Part shown: positions 57,255-64,000 of the stretch, piece by piece | How the letters are laid out: each line of letters opens with the position of its first letter | Position numbering within the stretch: position 1 is the stretch's first letter | From: a virus | IMG/VR virus record: IMGVR_UViG_3300033056_000008 | Location: 114,471-178,470 of that record | Length of the DNA stretch: 64,000 nt | Strand: one strand, 5' to 3' | Program-made: the position numbers and the translations under genes | The notes under the pieces: generated by a model | What the model was told of the DNA's origin: nothing | What the model saw: only the letters and a program-made list of their open reading frames with translations | Databases searched by the model: none

Positions 57255-59603
57255 TTGGCTATTAGAAATGACATAAACAACATAAATCTAGAGTTAACTA
57301 AGAAGGCGAATAAATTAGAAACTGATGAAAAAATCAGTTCATTAGAAAAGCAGAAAGCTGACCAAAGCTTTGTAGATTTACAGTTTGCAAATATTGTGAG
57401 TGGCGCACCAAAAGGTACTTATACTACTCTAGCGGCATTAAATACTGCTTTCCCCTCTGGCACAGAAGGTGTGTTTTTAGTTGTAGCAGATGGTCATTGG
57501 TATTACTGGAATGGCTCTATTTGGGCTGACGGTGGTTTATATCAAGGTGTAGAAGTCGGAAACAACACTATTTCTAAACAGAAAACAACCTTTATTAATT
57601 TATCCACTAATAGATTTAATAAAAATGATATAACTATTGGAAAATATTACAGCAATACTGGGGTTATAGTTGAGAACGCCTCATTCATTTCACCCAATCC
57701 AATTTTAGTGAAACCTGAATCAACATACAAAGTAAACTTAACTGAATTTCTGCACGTATGCTTCTTCGACTCTAAAATGATATATGTTTCCGGAATTGAA
57801 TCGGGTTCATGGTCTGGTTCGTTTCAAGTGCCGCCGAGAGCTACTTATGTAACATTTGCTATTAGATCTACTGTTAATCTTAATTATGTAATGCTTGTTG
57901 AGGGAAATGTAATACCTGACACATATATTCCATACAAAGATGTTTTAGAGACTAACATTCACCTATCTGAGACTGCTGTAAAGCCATTGGTTCAAAAAAG
58001 TGAATTAGGTATTGAATATAGTAAAAATTTATTTGATAAGTCAAAGGTGAGAAATGGTTACGAAGTTTATGCTGATGGGTCAATAAGATCTCAAGGACAG
58101 TCTGCCATTACACCAGATATTAACGTCACCGGTCTATCAAACATATACTTAAGCGGATTGCCTATATACGCCACTGGGATCGATAGACAATGTTATTTTT
58201 ATGACAAGCTTGGTAAACTTGTCGGGACGATGATTACTATTAGTAAGAGTGTAAGTGAATTATCTGTACCTGTTCCAACGGGCGCTAGCTATTTTGTAGC
58301 ATCCCTATATCAAAGAAAAACAAGTACAGAAATTATAAACTTAGATACTGTACAAGTTGAATCTGGAACAAACAAAACTACTTATGTAGCATATAAAGAA
58401 AGACTAACTAAGCTATCAAGTGCATTCGTAGACATATCAACTGATTTAAAAAAGGAATATGTTTTAGAAACGGATTTAACTAAGACACCATTAAAGAATT
58501 TATTTGATAATACTAAAGTACAAACTGGTTATGAAATATATTCAGATGGATTAGTAAAAGCACAAGCAAATTCAGCTACAACCGATTATATTAATGTCTA
58601 TGGATTGACTGATATATATATAAGTGGACTTCCAACATATGCAGAAGGATTAAATAATCGCCAAGCTCAATTCTATGACATTAATAAACAACCATTAGGC
58701 TCTTTGGTTCTTATTAATAAATCTTTAACAGAAATCTACATATCTGTACCTTCTGGGGCGTATTATTTTATCGCTTCTATTTATCAAAGAAAGACAAGTT
58801 CAGAAACAATTAATCTCAATAGCTTACAAATTGAAAAAGGAACTGAAAAAACATCTTATGAAGCATATGCATTAGGTATAAAAACTATAAAAGGTATGCA
58901 AATAGCGGGAACTGCAACATCCGCCCCTTCCCCTACTGTAAAAACTAAAGGGAAAGCACTTTTAGCCTTCGGTGACAGTATAACCGAAACTGCTACTATA
59001 TCCGAAGACGGATTAACTTATACAGAAGGCACAAGGAGTAATTGGTTATCTTTTTCTAAATCTACTCTTCAAATTGGAACGCTTTGGAATTATGCACGTA
59101 GCGGAGCATCTTATAAAGATCAAAATATCGCAGGAGACATTAGAAAGAGTTTAGCACAGCAAATAACCATGGCAATCAACGCTAACCGCCCTGCTGATAT
59201 TATTGTGGTTGCTTGTGGAACGAATGATGCCGATATTAATTTAGGGGACTATGCAACCGCTATGTCTAAAACTACCCTAGAAGAACTTGATCGCTCCCTT
59301 CTTTATGAAGCAATTAGATGGGCTTTTTGGAAACTTAGAATTAACTACCCAAATGCAACTTTTTATGCTACTACTCCACTTCAACGAGTCAGTCGGGAAC
59401 CCCTTCCTAACTTAAGTAACGCCATCAAACAAATGGCAAATCGTTATAATTTCATTGTTATAGATAATGAGTTTGAGTGTGGTATTATTAGGGAAAATGC
59501 TAGCCTATATTTACCTGATGGTTTACATCCTAATACAGCAGGTCAACTACTTGAATCTAGGTGTATTGACGCAAAAATTATAGCGACATATAACCCAGTA
59601 TAA
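57255..59603 (+). CDS. tail fibre/appendage with repeated beta modules and SGNH/GDSL esterase
   Basis: GAPKGTY..L..AFPSG..DGHWYYW anchor; two close KNLFD repeats; FGDSIT, ARSGA, GTND, DGLHP. Confidence 0.85.
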   Translation: MAIRNDINNINLELTKKANKLETDEKISSLEKQKADQSFVDLQFANIVSGAPKGTYTTLAALNTAFPSGTEGVFLVVADGHWYYWNGSIWADGGLYQGVEVGNNTISKQKTTFINLSTNRFNKNDITIGKYYSNTGVIVENASFISPNPILVKPESTYKVNLTEFLHVCFFDSKMIYVSGIESGSWSGSFQVPPRATYVTFAIRSTVNLNYVMLVEGNVIPDTYIPYKDVLETNIHLSETAVKPLVQKSELGIEYSKNLFDKSKVRNGYEVYADGSIRSQGQSAITPDINVTGLSNIYLSGLPIYATGIDRQCYFYDKLGKLVGTMITISKSVSELSVPVPTGASYFVASLYQRKTSTEIINLDTVQVESGTNKTTYVAYKERLTKLSSAFVDISTDLKKEYVLETDLTKTPLKNLFDNTKVQTGYEIYSDGLVKAQANSATTDYINVYGLTDIYISGLPTYAEGLNNRQAQFYDINKQPLGSLVLINKSLTEIYISVPSGAYYFIASIYQRKTSSETINLNSLQIEKGTEKTSYEAYALGIKTIKGMQIAGTATSAPSPTVKTKGKALLAFGDSITETATISEDGLTYTEGTRSNWLSFSKSTLQIGTLWNYARSGASYKDQNIAGDIRKSLAQQITMAINANRPADIIVVACGTNDADINLGDYATAMSKTTLEELDRSLLYEAIRWAFWKLRINYPNATFYATTPLQRVSREPLPNLSNAIKQMANRYNFIVIDNEFECGIIRENASLYLPDGLHPNTAGQLLESRCIDAKIIATYNPV

Positions 59604-59642
59604 TGTATAATATATTTACATTAGAGGGGGTTAAATACAAAT

Positions 59643-59819
59643 ATGGAAAAGGGATTTATGTTAGTCATCTATGGAGCACAAAATGAGAAGGCGAGAAAAT
59701 TTTACAGAGAAAAGCCTTCTTCAGATGAAATCACAAGCCTTCTTAATTCTACTCACGGCGGTATCACTGCCGTTATAACAGAATGCGAATATATGATAAA
59801 TCAACACGCAGCCTGTTAA
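59643..59819 (+). CDS. 58-aa moron protein (not in track)
   Basis: MEKGFMLVIYGAQNEKARKF...; TTGACG-17-TATAAC at 59566-59594, SD GAGGGGG, terminator downstream. Confidence 0.6.
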   Translation: MEKGFMLVIYGAQNEKARKFYREKPSSDEITSLLNSTHGGITAVITECEYMINQHAAC

Positions 59820-59838
59820 ATAATACATTATCTTACGA

Positions 59839-59873
59839 AAAGAGTTTCTGAGAAATCAGGAGCTCTTTTTTTT
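59839..59873 (+). terminator. intrinsic terminator
   Basis: AAGAGTTTCTG...CAGGAGCTCTT plus T tract. Confidence 0.7.
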
Positions 59874-59899
59874 TATTTAAATTTAAGGAGGAATTTTAA

Positions 59900-61060
59900 A
59901 TGGCAATTTGGAATGAAGACTTGGTAGTAAAAAACAAATACTCTCGTCCCGGACTTAAACTTTTAGGTGTTAAAGGTATCGTAATGCATTGGACTGCTAA
60001 CCCAGGAGCTTCAGATACAGCCCACCAATCGTTCTTTGATGGAAATGACGGAGGTGGTTCGAGATATGCAGGAGCTCATATTTTTATTGATAGCGACTCA
60101 GCAACATTGATTGTTCCATTGAATGAAGTGGCATATCATGCTAATGAAAAATCTACTAAGGTAGCAAAATTGAAAGCTACGGCTAGTTATTATGCGGGTG
60201 GAAATGCAAACCTTAATACCATCGGAATTGAAATGTGTGTAGAGAAGGATGGCACGATTCATAATGAGACAGTAAAACGTTCTGTAGATATTGTTGCTTC
60301 CCTTTGTAAACAATACAACCTTGATCCATTAACGGACGTTTACAGACACTATGATATCACAGGTAAAAACTGCCCTGCTCCATGGGTGTCCGACTCGTCT
60401 AAATACACTAAGTTCAAGAACGATGTAAAAAACAAATTAAAAGGAAATTCCGCAGAAACAGTTAAAATTGTAGAGCCTGTTAAGGAAGAAGTTAAATCAG
60501 TTATTGTTGAAACTCCTTCTAAAGCTTCTGATGAATCTTATGTAGGTAAACGTGTAGAAAGTATTTATAAAGGCTCAGAAGGCTTAAATTTCTACTCTAA
60601 AGCATCATGGGATAAGAAATATAAAGTTGGTACAGTTGGTTATGGTGTAGGTTTCCCTACCATCGTAGATAAAGTTAAAGTTGACGGCTCTTACATGTAC
60701 AAAGTTAAGAACTCTAAAGGAACAGTATATTACATTTCTGCAGCTCCTGAATATGTAAAAGTTGAAGGTGAAGCTAAAAAGACTTCTTCTGCTGTAAAGA
60801 CTGAGACTAAGAAGCCTGCATCTAAGAAAAAATATGTGCAACTACCTAAGACATCTGATTCTTGGAGAGTTTACCCAACTAATAAGCAGCCGGTAAAAGG
60901 AAACGAAAAAGGATTCCTAAATCCAAAGAAATTTGGAGGTTTAGAATACGAGATTCTTGCTACACCTCAAACTGATTTATATACAATCAAGACTGGTGAT
61001 TTTGGAAAAGTAAACATTTATGCTGCTAAGTCAACTGGAGCAAAGGTTGTAACAAAATAA
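59900..61060 (+). CDS. endolysin, N-acetylmuramoyl-L-alanine amidase (Amidase_2, BlyA-like)
   Basis: IVMHWTAN, AHIFID, EVAYHA, IGIEMC, RHYDITGKNCP; C-terminal wall-binding modules. Confidence 0.92.
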   Translation: MAIWNEDLVVKNKYSRPGLKLLGVKGIVMHWTANPGASDTAHQSFFDGNDGGGSRYAGAHIFIDSDSATLIVPLNEVAYHANEKSTKVAKLKATASYYAGGNANLNTIGIEMCVEKDGTIHNETVKRSVDIVASLCKQYNLDPLTDVYRHYDITGKNCPAPWVSDSSKYTKFKNDVKNKLKGNSAETVKIVEPVKEEVKSVIVETPSKASDESYVGKRVESIYKGSEGLNFYSKASWDKKYKVGTVGYGVGFPTIVDKVKVDGSYMYKVKNSKGTVYYISAAPEYVKVEGEAKKTSSAVKTETKKPASKKKYVQLPKTSDSWRVYPTNKQPVKGNEKGFLNPKKFGGLEYEILATPQTDLYTIKTGDFGKVNIYAAKSTGAKVVTK

Positions 61061-61126
61061 TTAGTAACTATCCCCTTCTGTTATTCAGTTGGGGATCTTT
61101 ATATTCAATTTATAGGAGGAATTTAA

Positions 61127-61351
61127 ATGGATAAAATGATGATAATTAGAACAATTGTATTAGTGGTAGCATTAATTAACCAGTCTCTAGTATTAGCAGG
61201 CTTCTCCCCTCTTCCTTATGATGATACACAAGTGGAAAACGCAGTAACTATTATTTTCACTGTTGTTGCTTCTCTATGGGCTTACTGGAAGGATAATGAT
61301 GTAACTCGTAAAGCTAGAGAAGCAAAAGCAAAGATAAAAGAAAGTGAATAA
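61127..61351 (+). CDS. SPP1-family holin (BhlB-like)
   Basis: IRTIVLVVALINQSL..G.SPLP..WAYWKDNDVT. Confidence 0.9.
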   Translation: MDKMMIIRTIVLVVALINQSLVLAGFSPLPYDDTQVENAVTIIFTVVASLWAYWKDNDVTRKAREAKAKIKESE

Positions 61352-61353
61352 GC

Positions 61354-61635
61354 ATGGCTAGACAGGGTTCAGGGTTCGATGGCAGTGAAGATACTATCAC
61401 GACCACTTCAATGCAGGAATTAGTCCCTACAACTCCTGAGGATTGGAAAAATGTTAAACGTTCGTTCTATAAATTTGTCTTTTATAATGATCAAGAATGT
61501 CACATTATAGTTAATGGAAAAAGACTGTTTAGAAGACCTATGCAAGGATTTGAGAGTGATCAATTCGATGCAGAAATACATAGTTTTATTGTGGAAGAGC
61601 CTGGTATTACTGTAGATTGGACAGGTGCTTATTAA
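61354..61635 (+). CDS. small beta-rich protein, paralog of 56229-56510
   Basis: same length (93 aa) and shared motifs. Confidence 0.7.
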   Translation: MARQGSGFDGSEDTITTTSMQELVPTTPEDWKNVKRSFYKFVFYNDQECHIIVNGKRLFRRPMQGFESDQFDAEIHSFIVEEPGITVDWTGAY

Positions 61636-61638
61636 TAA

Positions 61639-61677
61639 AAGAATCCAGTGAGGACTAATTTCTTCACTGGATTCTTT
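61639..61677. terminator. bidirectional terminator between convergent genes
   Basis: AAGAATCCAGTGAGGA...TCTTCACTGGATTCTT. Confidence 0.7.
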
Positions 61678-61692
61678 ATCTTCATATTAAAT

Positions 61693-61944
61693 TTATAGAT
61701 CAAAATTAATGTTGTTTACCGCTCGTAATATATCATCTTTAGTTAATACAAGTTCACAAATCTTCTTTTCAATACCTTCCTCATTTTCTGTCATGACATT
61801 GACCATAACTAATCCGTTCTCGGTGCCATAGCTGTCAAATTGCAGCCATCTAGAAGAAACCTCACATGGTACATATCCTTCACCATGTTTATTTATCTGT
61901 CGTTGTTTATTGCTTATCGGTATTCTCACTACATTTTTCTCCAT
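61693..61944 (-). CDS. hypothetical protein
   Basis: SD AAGGAGGGAG. Confidence 0.7.
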   Translation of the reverse strand: MEKNVVRIPISNKQRQINKHGEGYVPCEVSSRWLQFDSYGTENGLVMVNVMTENEEGIEKKICELVLTKDDILRAVNNINFDL

Positions 61945-62501
61945 TTTTCTCCCTCCTTAACTTATCTCTATATATACTCAAAATAATCTTGTAGCATTCT
62001 TGAATGGCTTTATCAGTATTGTCTCCATGTATAATGTTAACTTTCATACTAATTCCCCTTCTTCCATTTCAAGAATTAATTCAAGTATTAGCTTACGTTT
62101 ATATTTAAATTAATATCATGCTTCACAAACTTAACTTATTTACCGTAATGTTTCCTGCACCAACCAGATAATGAATCAAGTAAATCGTCAAAAATTATCT
62201 TAGCTGTTGATATCTGAGGGTTAAAACTAAAATAGGAAACGCCCAAATCATTGTTATCGTAGGAAGAAGTGTAATAAATTGCACTTGGATCTAATTTATC
62301 AATTAGCTTCGCACAGCTGAAAGACATTAAAGTTACAGCTCCGCAAACTTCTCTATTAGAATGACCTTCTATCGCAAATCCGTTTTATACTCTTTAAATG
62401 TAATCATTAATTCTCCCCTTCTTGGTAAAGTCTAACATAATTAGACCAAATTAAGGGTCTTAATTCTTCTAATAAAAGCAATGTTTTATAGCGAAAATTA
62501 C

Positions 62502-62648
62502 TCAATAAAGATCGTCTGGTTCATCGTAATAATGGTGTTCATCCTCAATTGGTTTCTCACAATCTGAACAATGCATCCAATATCCCACATCACCATTTAC
62601 AGGATAAACAGAACTGGATTTAATGCAATTACAATATTCCTCTGGCAT
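62502..62648 (-). CDS. 48-aa zinc-ribbon peptide (not in track)
   Basis: MPEEYCNC...HCSDCEKP; SD AAGGAGG. Confidence 0.55.
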   Translation of the reverse strand: MPEEYCNCIKSSSVYPVNGDVGYWMHCSDCEKPIEDEHHYYDEPDDLY

Positions 62649-62759
62649 TTAAAACAACCTCCTTAATATGTTACTTCAATTATAAAACATCCATAAATTA
62701 CAATATAGCCTTATTTATTAAATCTCCCTACCTCTCAAACTCTCTCAATATATATCGTT

Positions 62760-62813
62760 TAATTAATTTATTTTTAATTAATATTGCTGTCCATCAAAAA
62801 CAAGTGTTATAAT
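62760..62813 (+). promoter_or_regulatory. sigmaA promoter of the integrase with adjacent 15-mer
   Basis: TAATTAATTTATTTT 62760-62774; TTGCTG-18-TATAAT with TGn. Confidence 0.6.
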
Positions 62814-62851
62814 GGGATATGTGACAAGTATAAATTAAAGGAGTTGAGAGA

Positions 62852-64000
62852 TTGGCTAGTTTCAGAAAGCGTGGGGACAAATGGCAATACCGCATCGTCT
62901 ACCGAGATCCCTACACTAAAGATAAGAAAGAAATATCAAAGAGTGGTTTTAAGACTAAGAAAGAAGCACAGGTTGCAGCTAACATTGAAGAAAAGAAAGT
63001 ATTCAATGGTTTAGAAATTGACCGTACTACTGTTTCTTTAAAAAACTATCTCAGAGAATGGCTAGTTGAATACAAAGAAGGTAACGTAAGAAAGAACACT
63101 TTTGTTTTACATCAGAGGAATATTGAGAAACATATCATCCCCTACTTCCAGGAAGCCGACTTAAAAGATATTAAGCCGTTGGGATATCAAAAGTTTCTTA
63201 ATCATTTGGATGAACAAGGTTACAGCACTCGTACAATTGAAATTATCCATACTACAATGTACAATGCCTTGCAAACAGCAGTTAAACCTTTAAAGAAGCT
63301 TGAAGAGAATCCATGTGATGGTGTACAGATACCAAAAAAGAAAAAGGTAAACAAGAAGGCTCTGGAGTATATCCCTTCAGACCAAATTGGTGAATTTTTA
63401 AGAGTAGCTAGACAAGATAATTATATTTATTATATCTTCTTTAAAACTTTGATAGAAACAGGTATGCGTAAAGGTGAAGCTGCTGCATTACAAAGAAGAG
63501 ATATTGATTTGAAGAATGGATATATAGATATAAATAAGACTCTTGATTTTCAGACTAAGGAAGGCGAAAGTTTGTTTGGGGAAACTAAAACATATGAATC
63601 GATCAGAAGAATAAAAATTAGTGATTCATTATGTAAAGAATTATCGAAGCACATGAACATTCTAAATGAAAATAGAATTGTTTATAACGACATTTATAAT
63701 CATGAATTAGATTTAGTATTTTGTCGTGAGGATGGAAATAATTTACCTAAGTCTACCCTTCATAATGCAATGAATAGAATTTGTAAAAATGCAGGTATAG
63801 AAAGAATTCCAATTCATGGATTGAGACATACTCATGCAGTAGTTTTATTAGAGTCAGGTGCTCAAATGAAATTTGTTCAAGAAAGATTAGGGCATAAAAA
63901 TATAACTATCACGTCCGACGTATACTCTCACATTTCAGACAAGCTTGAGAATACGTCGGTGGACAGTTATGAAAAATACATGGACAACTTATTAAGCTAA
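62852..64000 (+). CDS. int: tyrosine integrase with arm-binding domain
   Basis: KWQYRI..KSGFKTKKEAQ; TGMRKGEA, HGLRHTHA, RLGH, DVYSH. Confidence 0.95.
   Translation: MASFRKRGDKWQYRIVYRDPYTKDKKEISKSGFKTKKEAQVAANIEEKKVFNGLEIDRTTVSLKNYLREWLVEYKEGNVRKNTFVLHQRNIEKHIIPYFQEADLKDIKPLGYQKFLNHLDEQGYSTRTIEIIHTTMYNALQTAVKPLKKLEENPCDGVQIPKKKKVNKKALEYIPSDQIGEFLRVARQDNYIYYIFFKTLIETGMRKGEAAALQRRDIDLKNGYIDINKTLDFQTKEGESLFGETKTYESIRRIKISDSLCKELSKHMNILNENRIVYNDIYNHELDLVFCREDGNNLPKSTLHNAMNRICKNAGIERIPIHGLRHTHAVVLLESGAQMKFVQERLGHKNITITSDVYSHISDKLENTSVDSYEKYMDNLLS

Larger units (their letters stand above)
1..64000. mobile_element. SPbeta-like temperate siphophage/prophage (partial genome)
   Basis: YonO-type RNAP, terminase-portal-capsid-tail-TMP-lysis order as in SPbeta yon/yom genes, integrase at right end, no host housekeeping genes, Firmicute SD sequences (GGAGG). 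Confidence 0.93.

Noticed and set aside
62136-62327. 63-aa minus-strand ORF
   Set aside because: No clear SD; may be a gene remnant, not supportable
62784-63014. 76-aa ORF overlapping the integrase start
   Set aside because: Its TTG is the -35 box of the integrase promoter; out-of-frame overlap
1-64000. Arbitrium aimR/aimP, LexA boxes, inteins, reverse transcriptase
   Set aside because: None recognised by eye; TerL and helicase have normal lengths; such elements may lie outside the window

Overview
The whole window is a low-GC, SPbeta-like temperate Bacillus phage/prophage segment. It ends exactly at the stop codon of a tyrosine integrase. Left to right it holds: (1) a minus-strand early cluster of small genes, a ~0.9 kb repeat-rich non-coding region and a UvrD/PcrA helicase; (2) a minus-strand accessory module (9.4-16.5 kb) with a winged-helix gene plus a tubulin/TubZ-like GTPase flanked by two phased repeat arrays, an M23 peptidase, an HTH gene, three membrane proteins and a soluble FtsK/SpoIIIE-type translocase, with two sigmaE-like (sporulation) promoters; (3) a YonO-type single-subunit RNA polymerase, PhoH and the head-tail operon; (4) two free-standing endonucleases and an ORF-less group I intron (43379-43667) that splits the tape-measure gene; (5) tail spike/appendage, lysis genes and the integrase. 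The best candidate for an undescribed system is module (2). A 15-mer, AAAATAAATTAATTA, recurs at sigmaA promoters and gene junctions and looks like a phage operator. All calls come from motifs and synteny read by eye; no database searches were run, and SPbeta names are synteny-based.
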